Positions 37,120 to 47,268 of a stretch of 64,000 nucleotides of DNA are shown one piece after another. The notes under the pieces are model-generated. The model did no database searches and was not told the DNA's origin. It was given only the letters and a program-made list of their open reading frames with translations. This stretch comes from an uncultured Planctomycetota bacterium (GTDB lineage: Bacteria; Planctomycetota; Planctomycetia; Pirellulales; Lacipirellulaceae): positions 10,943 to 74,942 of the forward strand of contig CAVTEJ010000014.1 in the NCBI GenBank assembly GCA_963733705.1, read 5' to 3'. Every line of letters starts with the position of its first letter. Positions within the stretch are counted from its first letter, which is position 1. Both the position numbers and the translations under genes were made by a program.

Positions 37120-37681
37120 TTTCGCGCGTCTTTAAGCCTATAACGGCCAATTCGGGAACTACTAGATCGTTTTTTCCGGAGGAAACAGCCACGTGATACC
37201 GAAGGTACCTCGTCTTTGGTCGTCGTAGAGCACTTCGTAGGTAGTTTTGATATTCGTCATTAATTTCTTTCGTGGAGCGTGTTAGGAGTTCGGATTTGTT
37301 AACGGCCAAGTGCAATAACCAAGTGAGTTCGGATTTCGTCAATTTGTCGATGCTTGCCTTTGATTTTATACCCAATGCGCATTTACATTCTGCTCGTCCG
37401 TCAGCGAACACACGCAGCCATGGCTCGGCTTCAGTTTCTTCCGGCCGGTTTTCGTCGGATGGGTAGAACACCGCCACGCTAAACGCAAGCTGGTCAGAAT
37501 TTTCCGGGACTTGGATTGCCTGTTGTTCTGCGTCCGACAAATGTTTGACGCGTTCTTCAACTGGATTGTCCGGCGTCGGGAAGTCTATCACCTGCTCGCC
37601 TGCCCTAAGAACAAAGCGCGGGTTGAATTCGGTGAATGCCAAAGAAAGAACGGCGAGGAACAATAACTTGCTGCGATTCAT
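37097..37681 (-). CDS. Secreted hypothetical protein
   Basis: The ATG at 37681 gives the signal peptide MNRSKLLFLAVLSLAFTEF. No family recognised. Confidence 0.5.
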   Translation of the reverse strand: MNRSKLLFLAVLSLAFTEFNPRFVLRAGEQVIDFPTPDNPVEERVKHLSDAEQQAIQVPENSDQLAFSVAVFYPSDENRPEETEAEPWLRVFADGRAECKCALGIKSKASIDKLTKSELTWLLHLAVNKSELLTRSTKEINDEYQNYLRSALRRPKTRYLRYHVAVSSGKNDLVVPELAVIGLKTRENETRWSC

Positions 37682-37952
37682 AAAGACCCCCGAAAGTGAG
37701 ATGTGATAAATCGTACGGCGAAAGCACGAAGCGATGAGCATGAGCAGCATCAGTGGGTTCCGGGACTACTTCGCTGAGAGAATGAGTGGCACTCGACCCC
37801 CTGGTCGGCGTGCTGAAGTGGAGTGAGGGCGAAATTCGCTAGCGGTGCCATCTGACCGTCGCCTAGGATTCGGATTCGTTGACGGCCAAGTGTAGGAGCC
37901 AAGGGAATTCGGGTTTCGCCAATTTGTCGAAACTTCGTTAGCCGTGCGATTA

Positions 37953-38663
37953 TCATTTTCTGCGGCGACAGTTTAGAAGACTGGCGGCACCGACGGCGAG
38001 CAGAACGAGCGTCGACGGCTCCGGTACGGTGCTTATTTGAAACGCCGCAGGCAGCGAACCGAAGTTGTCACTAAATTGCGAGTCAATAAAACCCATAAAC
38101 AGACGGGTCGCATCGGGAGGAACATAAAACTGCTGGGTAGCACCCGCCCCCGTACCTGTCCTCCCATCGCCAATATAGAACAGCTGCGCGATTTGCGGCG
38201 ACAGGCTTAAGAATGACTTGTTGTTTGAGAAATCCGTTGTTGGCGGCGCAGGCTGCGCAGGCGAAGCGTCGGTCAGAAACACCCCTACCAAGTACGCGCC
38301 ATTATTCGCATCACGTAGTCCCGACAGTCCCATGAAGCCAGGAAAATTGGCCGGCGAGGTGGGGTACTGCCCCGGAGCGTATGGTTGAAAACTGGGACCA
38401 TATCCGTCAGGACCTTCTGTGCTTGGCTTCGTAAATCCGTAAAAGTTGACTACCCCAGTAACTGATGAAAAGGTTAATACTTGATTTGGGGCTGCTGCAA
38501 AACTGGTTGAGATTGGACTGAGACCGTCACCTACGACTGACGCGGCTGAACCGAGACCGGCCCCGAAAATATTGCAGTGACTATCCACATCAACCACTGT
38601 CGCCTTTGCAGTTCCGGAGTAGAGCAAAGTAAGCGCCGCGATACCAAAGAATCTTCTTTTCAT
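37953..38663 (-). CDS. PEP-CTERM sorting domain protein
   Basis: ATG at 38663 (MKRRFFGIAALTLLYSGTAKA). C-terminus VPEPSTLVLLAVGAASLLNCRRRK. Confidence 0.8.
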   Translation of the reverse strand: MKRRFFGIAALTLLYSGTAKATVVDVDSHCNIFGAGLGSAASVVGDGLSPISTSFAAAPNQVLTFSSVTGVVNFYGFTKPSTEGPDGYGPSFQPYAPGQYPTSPANFPGFMGLSGLRDANNGAYLVGVFLTDASPAQPAPPTTDFSNNKSFLSLSPQIAQLFYIGDGRTGTGAGATQQFYVPPDATRLFMGFIDSQFSDNFGSLPAAFQISTVPEPSTLVLLAVGAASLLNCRRRK

Positions 38664-39015
38664 TGGTCCCCCCAACTAGAGTTTTTTTCGGACAGATCAG
38701 CAAGCCATTCTAATTGATCGGGCCAGAATTCTCTCCATCCAAAACGACAGTCGAACCGCCAAAACATTCCTTATCGCATTAATGCGGGGGTGTATGCCGC
38801 CGGCTAGTGCCGCCACCGTTTGGAATACTTGGCAATATTCCACTTCAAAAAAGGTTGGTTTGACGGAGCATTTCTTCAGCCGAGCGGACGGGCGAGTATC
38901 AGAGTGAGCGAGGAGATGAGTCTTAGACACGTTGCAGCCGCATCATCAAACGGACGAGCTCTTGAGAATTGTCGTACGTCTCTAGACGGTCCTTTTTTCG
39001 GAAACCAAACTGGCG

Positions 39016-41058
39016 TCAGCAACTGTTTTTCGCTGATTTCATCCCGCGGGGGCGACGGCGATGCTTAGCGACGAGGACTGCGCTACCAACAGTCAGCAAA
39101 ACGAGAACGCCCGGTTCGGGAACGCTCTCGAACCGAAACTCGAAGTGGGGCATCCCCAGCGGGTCTAGCTCGTGGCCGTTTTCTACGAACACGATCAAGC
39201 CTTCGGGAAACGGGGTGCCGTCGGCAAAATGTCCGGCCACCCCGTACTCGCTGAACTTGCCGTCGACGTTGCCATCCATGAGCGCGGCCATGAAGTCGAG
39301 CCCATTGAAGATCAGCGTGCTCTCGTCAAAGAGAAAAAACTGCGGTGGTGTGGAGGCGCCGTTTGCCAGCGACGACTTTAGGGCGTGGATGGCTTCTTCG
39401 GCTCCGCTGCCGCCGCCTGGGGGTGCCGGAGGCACGACGACAATTTGTCCCGCGAGAGTGTAGGTGACAACCGCCTGGTCGTGCGCTGTCATGTTTCCAA
39501 CAACAGTTGTTGAACCTCCCAAGTCGATGTGGCTTTGGTCGAAGGCGTCAACATTGCCAATAATGGCGCTAGTATCGAAAATCGTCGACACATGGGCATT
39601 GTCGTGCGCCACAACGTTTCCAATCACCTTTGCAGGGCCACTTAGATTGACGATGCTCGCGCCGTTAGCAGAGAGTCCTCCCAAACTCCCGCTCGTCATC
39701 GTAACGTTCGGCTCAAGGCCACCGCCTATCAGGCTGTTATCCCCAGACGTGCTGAGAGTTCCATCGATCTGGCTGTCAAAAATGTGCAGCTTGCCATCGG
39801 ACACGGTGGCGTCGCCCTTGATCTTGCTCTCCTCAATCGTCGCCCTGCCATTCAAAACGGAGAGTGCATTGGCCGTTCCGCCGGCCATGGTAACGTCGTC
39901 GGTGCCGTCGTCTTTGATTCCAAACGCCCTCACTGTACCTAAGACATTGCCACCCAACATGTTTAGTGTGCCGTTTAGCGCGATGGCATCGCCTCTCACC
40001 GAGCCGTCGGACAAAGTGACGATTCCGCCGACGGCGCTCACGTCCTGGCTAATCTTGGTATCGACGCCACCTATGCCGACGGTCGCTCCGTTATTGGCGG
40101 TGACGCTGCCCGTGACGTTCCCAGAGATGAGGTCGAGGTGGCTATGTGTGCCTCCTGCTGCGTCCACGGTGACGTTTCCCAAAACTGAGACGCCCAGAAT
40201 GCAACTGCCGCCGGTCACGGTGACGTCGCCTCCGATCGATCCCCCGGTTGCTTCGAAGGTTCCCGAGTGGCCTTGGTCCAAACTGCCGACCGTGACGCCG
40301 CCCCTCGCAATCGTTCCGCCGTTCATGGCGACCGACCCGGCCTCAACGCTGACGCTGTCGACGGAACCGCCGCTAATCGTCGCGGCGCCTCCGTCCGGGG
40401 CGACGACGCTGAGGCCGCCAGTGAAAATGGTCCCGCTCAAGTTTGCCGTCGCACCTCCTTTCAGCGTCACTCCTCCGACGACCCCGCCGAGGCCGTTCAA
40501 CACGCTGCGCGAGCTCATTATGATGGGCTGTTGGACCTGGACGGTTCCCTCGATCTTAACGTGCGAGTCGTCGCCGGCAGCTATCCCTCCTACTGGCCCT
40601 CCAAAGATGGCGTCGACGACGCCGCCACTAAGGTCCACTTCGCTGGTATTTCGGGAGTCGATCAAACTGACTGCGAAGCCGCCCTTCATGGTGAACTTGG
40701 CGTCGTCACGGAGCACGACGTTTTCAACAAAGAAATGGGCGCTGTCTTTGTTAATTTGTAAAGTGCTCCCTTTGAAGACCTGCGTGAGTCCCCGAAACCC
40801 GAGAAAAACTGGGGGGAAACCGACCGGATCCGAGAATTGGGAGGTCAAGTTGACGGTCACGGGGCTGGGATCGATAAACGTTTCCGCGTTCATGGGGTCG
40901 GCCTTCGTGAACCCGATGACGGCGTCGTTTGTGCCAAATAGCGCATCTATGACACCCCCGTTCTCCGGGGTAGCGAAGAAGAATTGGTGCGAGAAGGCTG
41001 GCGTCGGCCAGCATAGTGCGGCGAACACGAGGGCAGCACAGCAGTGACGACGACTCAT
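39016..41058 (-). CDS. Large secreted beta-helix-like protein with PEP-CTERM anchor
   Basis: 680 aa. Signal peptide MSRRHCCAALVFAALCWPTPAFS. Gly/Val/Thr-rich repeats (GGVTLKGGATANLSG, GDVTVTGGSCILG). C-terminus VPEPGVLVLLTVGSAVLVAKHRRR. Confidence 0.8.
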   Translation of the reverse strand: MSRRHCCAALVFAALCWPTPAFSHQFFFATPENGGVIDALFGTNDAVIGFTKADPMNAETFIDPSPVTVNLTSQFSDPVGFPPVFLGFRGLTQVFKGSTLQINKDSAHFFVENVVLRDDAKFTMKGGFAVSLIDSRNTSEVDLSGGVVDAIFGGPVGGIAAGDDSHVKIEGTVQVQQPIIMSSRSVLNGLGGVVGGVTLKGGATANLSGTIFTGGLSVVAPDGGAATISGGSVDSVSVEAGSVAMNGGTIARGGVTVGSLDQGHSGTFEATGGSIGGDVTVTGGSCILGVSVLGNVTVDAAGGTHSHLDLISGNVTGSVTANNGATVGIGGVDTKISQDVSAVGGIVTLSDGSVRGDAIALNGTLNMLGGNVLGTVRAFGIKDDGTDDVTMAGGTANALSVLNGRATIEESKIKGDATVSDGKLHIFDSQIDGTLSTSGDNSLIGGGLEPNVTMTSGSLGGLSANGASIVNLSGPAKVIGNVVAHDNAHVSTIFDTSAIIGNVDAFDQSHIDLGGSTTVVGNMTAHDQAVVTYTLAGQIVVVPPAPPGGGSGAEEAIHALKSSLANGASTPPQFFLFDESTLIFNGLDFMAALMDGNVDGKFSEYGVAGHFADGTPFPEGLIVFVENGHELDPLGMPHFEFRFESVPEPGVLVLLTVGSAVLVAKHRRRPRGMKSAKNSC

Positions 41059-41586
41059 GAGCTTGTCCTTTCCATCAATGGGTCCGAGCGCGACCGGATT
41101 CCGGGACGCGGTTAACTCTTACACAATGACTTACCAACAATTCCCCCAACCATCGGCGCAATTAAAAAGGCGTTAGCGCTTTCTCCCACTGGCCGGTTAC
41201 AGGTACCGAAACGTGGAAGAAGGCGCGAACGCCATCTGGCAAATTCAAGTAGAGGTAAGTCGTCGTGCGTGCGGAACGACCCTTTATCGGGCGCGGTGCA
41301 GCGTGCTGGGCCTCGAAGTGGTTGTTGCAAAAATGAGCGCCCTGGTTAGGGGCAATGCTGACGTATTCTGGCCCAGCGGAAGGGTCCGGTCAATTACGAA
41401 CCGGGAAAGCGAACCCAAGGGACTTGGCGTCCGGGCTCGCCGAAATCGTTCAAAAAACGTTCGTTAAACGACGCCTTTCTGCCACGAGAACGACCACTGA
41501 GTGTCAGTCCGATCGCGAAGATGAGTTTTCGGCACAGGTTCGGCCTGCCACCAAACGTACGAGTTCTTGAGATTAGCGGCCCGTTT

Positions 41587-41637
41587 CTTAACGGTGGGTT
41601 GTCGGTGTGTACCATGAGTCGATGAGTTTTGAGACTC
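41587..41637 (-). repeat. Recurrent 3' element copy (extra AACTC boxes at 41521-41535 and 41559-41573)
   Basis: Plus strand: CTTAACGGTGGGTTGTCGGTGTGTACCATGAGTCGATGAGTTTTGAGACTC. It lies inside a 725-nt gene-free gap. Confidence 0.4.
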
Positions 41638-41783
41638 GGCAAGCGTTTTACTTAGGAGCAAAGTTGCAGCCGCGCCAGGATTTGCAGCAAGAATGGCGAT
41701 TTGCGAACACCGCCGCCAGCGAGCGTATCGCGGGCGGCGGTTTGTTCAAATTCCCATCGTTGGGCGTTCCCAGCACCCCGAAT

Positions 41784-44228
41784 TCAAAACGCTTTTGACA
41801 AAGAATGGCCAGACACGAGTTCCAGCAACAGCTCATCATCCAAAGAGCGGTCCCGATTGGCCGAGCCATCGTCGCCTAGTTCCGCCAAGGCGTTATCCGC
41901 GGCGATAGCCGACAGCCGAGCTGTCGGCGCCGTGGCCAGCAGCAAGCTGGACGTCCGACTCGTAGTGGCGGCCGATGTCGTCGTATTGTTCGCCGTGTTG
42001 TTGCTGATCGCCGAACTCGTCGTCAACGTAGACGGCGGGCTGGCCGCCACTGCAGCCAGGGCCATTTTGGCGGCACCGCTACTCTCGGCCTCCACGACGG
42101 TGGTCGTGACGGTGTGCGCGTCCTTGGTTGCATACGTATGCGAGCCTTTGACTTTGTAACTGCCGTCTGACTTTACGTAAGTCACGGTGCCGGTCGAGGT
42201 CGAGCCATCGCCCCAGTTGATCGTGGCCACAAAATCGCTGGCCGGCTCCGCTGCCGGTTGCACTTGATTCCAATGCGTGAAAGTCGCCACGACGATGTTG
42301 CTCTGTGATTTACCGGTCACCGTAATCGGCGCCGAGACGATAATCGGCGGTTCGGTCACTGGGCTGGTCACGGCCGCAGTGTTATTGAGCGAATTCGGAT
42401 CGGAGACATTGCTGGTGACAGACACAGTATTGATCAGGTTGCCTTCCTCCAGCGCTTGACCAATTACACTTATGCCACGCACCGTTTGCCCAGCGCCAAT
42501 GGTTCCGAGCGAGAACGTGACCACACTGCCCGATTGTTTGATGCTGCCTTGCGGCGAGATGGCAAAGGCGAACTGCAAGTTCGGGCCCAGCGTGTCCGTG
42601 AGGACGGCTTTTGTGGCGGCGCTGGGTCCGAAGTTGGTTACCGAAATGTTATAGTTGAGCCAATCCCCTTCTTCCGCGGCCCCACCGCCGCTGATCGTCA
42701 CGGACAAATCGGCGCCGATAAAACCACCGGTGAATGAAACTGGGCTGGAAGCGATGCCATTGGCAACCACCGTCAACTGATAGGTTCCCAGCGGCAGTCC
42801 AGCCGGCAGCGAGAAATCGGTGGTCTCTGGCGTACTGCCGGTGGCCACACCGGTGCTGCTCCAATTCGAGGTGCGTGCGAAATAGACATTTCCGGCTGCA
42901 TTCTTCAATTCGACGATTGGGTAATTGGTGTCCATCTCTGCGCCGCCGTCGCCGTTGTAGCTTGCGCCAGCAGAGAGTCCGTTTAATTGCGTGCCGGTCA
43001 ACGTGAAGTGGTTGCCGTTGGCGACCACGCTCGCGATCGTCGGCTTCCAGACGGCTTGCGGCGCGCCGTCGGGCGTGTAGACATAAAGTTGCTGGTATTC
43101 GTTGGTATATAGCACCTGCCCGGTGGGCAATACTAACATGCGTTGGAAGTAGGAAGTCTCCGACGAGATATTCACCGGGGGAGTGATTTCCGTGACCGCG
43201 CTGTCAGGCGGAGCGGTTGGATCGATCTCCACCATATGATTGGTCGGTGGACCAGAGGCAACCGTGCCCGTTCCTCCCGCGTACAGAATATGTCCATTTG
43301 GCAGCAAAGCCGCGGCGCCAAAACCGTCGCCGCCGGCAATCGTCGGGCCCGCAGCCCAAGTGCCAACGCCGCCGGTATCAGTCGGCGGCGTGTAGAACGC
43401 GGTGTTGTTGTTGTCTTTGCCGATCAAGAAAACTCGCCCATCGGGCAAGAGTAGCGCCGGTCCCAGCCCGCGATCGCTTGAATTCAGTAGTGGAACCGTC
43501 GCAACCCCGGAATCGACCCACGTATTGGTTGCCGGATCCAATGTTTGTGTATCTTCTGGATTGGCTTTATGAATGTCGTACGTCAGAATGCCGCCGTCGG
43601 GCAGTTTGATCCAAGTTTCGCGACCACTTTTGTCGGCATCTAACTTGGTGGGGCCGGGTGACCAGCTGTTTGTCGCCGGGTCATAGATAAACGTTTCAGG
43701 GCCATTATCCCACCCTGCCAACACCTTGCCGTCGGGTGTCAGCGTCGTGGGCGCGGAACCGAACGACACTTCCGGAAAATTCGCGATGCTGGTCCAGGTG
43801 TTCGCCACGGGATCGTAAATCTCGCCGGTATTGTCGAGACTGTATTGCGTGTCGTTCAGCCCAACGTACTTGCCCCCCAATACCAGCACGCGTCCGTCGG
43901 GCAACACGTTCGATGCAAAAAACAAGCGGTTAAGGCTCATGCTCGGCAACTGCGACCAAGTGCCATTGACGAAGCTGCCGCTGGCGTCCGGCGTCAGTCG
44001 ATACCAGTTTGTGGATGCAGGGCCTACCGAAGCGGATGCCATTACGGTGCCATCGGACAGCAGTTCCATCGTGCCGATCCCCGCCGGCGCCGTATGCGTC
44101 AGTGCCGTCCACGTGCCCGAGAGCACGAGTCGCGATTCGAGGTTTTCGAGGCTCAGCCGCCGCGAATGATTGCCTCGCTGCTTCGAGCGCGCCACGGGAA
44201 CGCGATCGGAGACGAAGACGGTTGGCAT
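41784..44228 (-). CDS. Secreted galactose-oxidase-like Kelch beta-propeller protein with DUF11-type repeat domains
   Basis: 814 aa. LSLENLESRLVLSG leader. Kelch-like segments (YDPVANTWTSIANFP, YDPATNSWSPGP). An Ig-like segment (TYQLTVVANGIASSPVSF). A DUF11-like segment (ADLSVTISGG...YNISVTNFGPSAATKAVLTDTL). Confidence 0.7.
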   Translation of the reverse strand: MPTVFVSDRVPVARSKQRGNHSRRLSLENLESRLVLSGTWTALTHTAPAGIGTMELLSDGTVMASASVGPASTNWYRLTPDASGSFVNGTWSQLPSMSLNRLFFASNVLPDGRVLVLGGKYVGLNDTQYSLDNTGEIYDPVANTWTSIANFPEVSFGSAPTTLTPDGKVLAGWDNGPETFIYDPATNSWSPGPTKLDADKSGRETWIKLPDGGILTYDIHKANPEDTQTLDPATNTWVDSGVATVPLLNSSDRGLGPALLLPDGRVFLIGKDNNNTAFYTPPTDTGGVGTWAAGPTIAGGDGFGAAALLPNGHILYAGGTGTVASGPPTNHMVEIDPTAPPDSAVTEITPPVNISSETSYFQRMLVLPTGQVLYTNEYQQLYVYTPDGAPQAVWKPTIASVVANGNHFTLTGTQLNGLSAGASYNGDGGAEMDTNYPIVELKNAAGNVYFARTSNWSSTGVATGSTPETTDFSLPAGLPLGTYQLTVVANGIASSPVSFTGGFIGADLSVTISGGGAAEEGDWLNYNISVTNFGPSAATKAVLTDTLGPNLQFAFAISPQGSIKQSGSVVTFSLGTIGAGQTVRGISVIGQALEEGNLINTVSVTSNVSDPNSLNNTAAVTSPVTEPPIIVSAPITVTGKSQSNIVVATFTHWNQVQPAAEPASDFVATINWGDGSTSTGTVTYVKSDGSYKVKGSHTYATKDAHTVTTTVVEAESSGAAKMALAAVAASPPSTLTTSSAISNNTANNTTTSAATTSRTSSLLLATAPTARLSAIAADNALAELGDDGSANRDRSLDDELLLELVSGHSLSKAF

Positions 44229-44340
44229 TGGATTGGAACATGAGGGACTCCGTGAAAGTTATGATTGAGGCGAACGTGGGATCTTCTTTCGCAGGAAAAG
44301 GAAAACAAAATCAAACCGGCATACTCTGATTCGCGGGGCA

Positions 44341-45354
44341 TCATGTGGGGTCGTTGGCCCGGCAAGTTCCTCGCATTTGACTGCGGCGGCGAGCTGTCGC
44401 CAGCGAAAGGAGCGCCAAACCGCAACCGACCAGCACTCCTGTACCCGGCTCCGGAACCGTGGCCACGGTGGCCACGCGGATTCCGACGGCGGCGCCTTCG
44501 AACGTCGAAGCGTTAGAGAACCGGCCCGAGGATAATAAGTTGTTAGTCGGGCCATGGAACGAAGCTCCGCGCTGGCCCCGAACCGCGGCGCTCAGCAACG
44601 ATTCGTTCCATTGGTTCAAGTTGCCTCCCATGTCGAAGACGCCATATGGGCTCTTCGTTCCGGTGTACGCGCCTGCGTCCGTTAGATCGCCCACGACCGA
44701 ATTGAAGTTTGCCGAATTGCTGCCTCCCGGCGGCGCCTCTGCCGTGGGCGGGGTATTACTGGAGGTCGCATATTGGAAATATGTGCCCGAAGCGGGGTCG
44801 TAGTACGCGGCCTTGTACCACTCGTTTTCACTGGGCAGAAACCACGTGGCGCCGGGGTTGCGCGTGATGCTATCGCCGTTCGAGGGCACCGGTGTACCGC
44901 CGAGCAACGTGTAGGCTCCCGTCTCTGTGCTGCCATTCCCCTGGCCGTTATTCAGCCAATTGGCAAACCGAATCGCGTCGTACCAATTGACAAAGTCCAC
45001 CGGCTTGTTGTCCCTGCCGGCGATCGTCGCGTAGGTAAAATTGGGACTTGATCCGTTGCGTGTGATTCCGCCGTTGCCGCTACCCATGCTCGTGCTGTAA
45101 AGCGCTAACGGATCGCTGGCCGCTTTGGCATTTAGAAACGCGGCGTATTGGGCATTGGTCACGTCCGTCGTGCCGATCCGATACGCGTAACCTACAGAAC
45201 CGTAGCCGCTGGTGCCGTCGTTCATGATGGCGGTGTCAGCAACGTTGCCCGGATTGCCGACCGGCACCGTGTCGATGACGATGGCCACAGCGGCCCGAGA
45301 CGCGGCAAGATATATTGCGGCGAAGAGAACGAAAGAAATAAAGATGCGCTTCAT
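44341..45354 (-). CDS. Formylglycine-generating-enzyme (SUMF1/FGE-sulfatase) domain protein with PEP-CTERM anchor
   Basis: The internal ATG at 45354 gives the signal peptide MKRIFISFVLFAAIYLAASRA. Motifs: NWYDAIRFANWLN, PSENEWYKAAYYD, SPYGVFDMGGNLNQWNE, RGASF. C-terminus VPEPGTGVLVGCGLALLSLATARRR. Confidence 0.8.
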   Translation of the reverse strand: MKRIFISFVLFAAIYLAASRAAVAIVIDTVPVGNPGNVADTAIMNDGTSGYGSVGYAYRIGTTDVTNAQYAAFLNAKAASDPLALYSTSMGSGNGGITRNGSSPNFTYATIAGRDNKPVDFVNWYDAIRFANWLNNGQGNGSTETGAYTLLGGTPVPSNGDSITRNPGATWFLPSENEWYKAAYYDPASGTYFQYATSSNTPPTAEAPPGGSNSANFNSVVGDLTDAGAYTGTKSPYGVFDMGGNLNQWNESLLSAAVRGQRGASFHGPTNNLLSSGRFSNASTFEGAAVGIRVATVATVPEPGTGVLVGCGLALLSLATARRRSQMRGTCRANDPT

Positions 45355-46296
45355 TTCGGGTCTGCGTTTAGCGTTGGCTTTTTTTAGTATTTGGTCACGA
45401 CCTTTGCGGCGAAACGATGCGAGCAATAGCGCGGTCACGCCGGAGCCGCCTAAAACGAGAGTCGCTGGTTCCGGGACGCTTGTGATCGCGATGGCTCCCG
45501 CTGGAAAGTTAGCGAAGGGCGAGCCAACGCCGCTTGGTGTGAACTTTTCGATCGTGCCGAAGTCGCTGAAAAAGACGTTCCCACTGCTGTCAACTGCCAG
45601 AGTGCCGTTCCCGCTAGAGGTTGTGGCGAACACGGCCCCATGCCCGAACGGCGTATACTTCACGATCGCGTTATCCGCAGTGCCGTTGTAAACTAGCGCA
45701 TAGACGTTGCCTTTGCTGTCACCGGCGATGCTCTCAAAACCCCCGGCGAGCCCGTTACTGGAACCCTCGACGAACGTCGATACAACGCCGCTTGGTGTGA
45801 TCTTGTCTATATTCGCTTGTCCGCCGACCGTCACGTAGACATTCCCCGCAGGGTCGACGACCAAGGGTCCAGGTGGATCAACGTGGGCAAGGATGGAACC
45901 TACTCCAGCCGGGGTGAACTTCTCGATGAGATTGGTGGTGAAGTCGTATAGACTCACGTAAATATTGCCCGCACTGTCAACTGCCAGTCCCTCTTGTTCA
46001 TATCCACTCGTCGTGGTGGCAAAGACAGAGGAAGTGCCGTTAGGATCAAACTTCAATATAGTTTGATCGGTGCCCACATAGACGTTTCCCGCGTTGTCTA
46101 CGGCCAAGGAGCCTTGAACCTGATTCGCAAAAACTGAACCGACGCCGTTGGAGGTAAACTTTTCGATCTTTCCGCCACCTGATGCATAGATTGTGTCTCC
46201 CCTGGCGTTGAGCGAAAGGACGAGCGCGGCCAAGTGGGTGGCGATAATTGGTAGAAACATCAGCCGATAAACTTCAATCCCAGTCATGCGAACCAT
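45355..46296 (-). CDS. NHL-like beta-propeller PEP-CTERM protein with no stop codon before the next gene (in-frame with 44341..45354)
   Basis: Repeats: DNAGNVYVGT, DSAGNIYVS, DPAGNVYVT, DSKGNVYAL, DSSGNVFFS. Then VPEPATLVLGGSGVTALLLASFRRKG, which runs straight into MKRIFISF. The start at 46296 (MVRMTG) is tentative. Confidence 0.6.
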
Positions 46297-46637
46297 CAAG
46301 TTGTCTCCGTGTTGGAAGCAGATCGAATAAGTGCAAACAAACGCGCTGGCGCCGACGACAGACAACCGTGTGAAGCGGGCATTTTCCGCTGTCTCGCTCG
46401 ACGCAAAACCACTCCGTGACCTCGGCTGATGACCGCATCCGCCGCTAATTTCCCTATCTATCTAGCCGTCCTGTCTCAGGACCGGTCACCGGAATTCCGG
46501 AAAGAAATTCCAACTACGCCCATCTGAGGTCCGGGTGGCCATCGCCACAGCGATAAAATGACTCCCCGGCAAAAAATATTCAGAATATCGGTGACGGCTC
46601 GGCAGCCATGCCGGCTATCTCTAAGGGAGATTGCGCA

Positions 46638-47266
46638 ATGGGTGATTCCCGCGGCCCAAAAACCGATTTACTCTTACGTCGCGCCAGGAGGGCGACCAAC
46701 CGGCTCAAGATGCGCTTTTGGAGAGCTACCGCGGCCGGCTGCGACGGATGATCGCCATTCGGATCGACAAGCGGCTCACCGCCCGGGTCGATCCCTCGGA
46801 TGTCGTGCAAGAGGCGCTCAAAGATGCCCACAATCGCCTGCCAGAGTATTTTGCCGACCCACAATTGTCCTTCTATCCCTGGCTGCGGCGGATCGCCTGG
46901 GACCGACTCGTGGATATGCACCGCACGCACATCGGGGCCGAGCGCAGAAGTGTGCTGCGCGAACATCCCGGGACGCCGAATCTCAATGACGAATCGGTGG
47001 CCGAGTTGGCCCACAGCATTGTCACGAGCAGCCATAACCCGGGCCGACGGGCGATGCTCTCCGAGATGCAGGCCCGGATGAAGGCTGCCCTGCTGGAACT
47101 CCAGCCGCCCGATCGTGAGATCCTCGTGCTGCGGTATTTAGAGCAATTGGGGGTCGAAGAGATTGCAGGCGTATTAGGCATCAGCCAAACTGCAGTGACT
47201 TCTCGTCACTTGCGGGCCCTGCAGCGGCTCCGGCGGCTGCTCGGTGACGAATTGGGAGCCTGGTAG
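46638..47266 (+). pseudogene. ECF (group IV) sigma-70 factor, one frameshift near codon 17
   Basis: AAGGGAGA RBS and ATG at 46638 (MGDSRGPKTDLLLRRAR). The frame changes at about 46686-46691 to GDQPAQDALLESYRGRLRRM...SDVVQEALKD (region 2). Region 4 is REILVLRYLEQLGVEEIAGVLGISQTAVTSRHLRAL. Confidence 0.8.
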
Positions 47267-47268
47267 CC

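Noticed and set aside
39464-41047. 527-aa plus-strand ORF (Pro/Ser/Thr/Val-rich)
   Set aside because: It is the mirror image of the minus-strand beta-helix PEP-CTERM gene. It has no signal peptide or domain features, and the minus-strand product is coherent from signal peptide to anchor.
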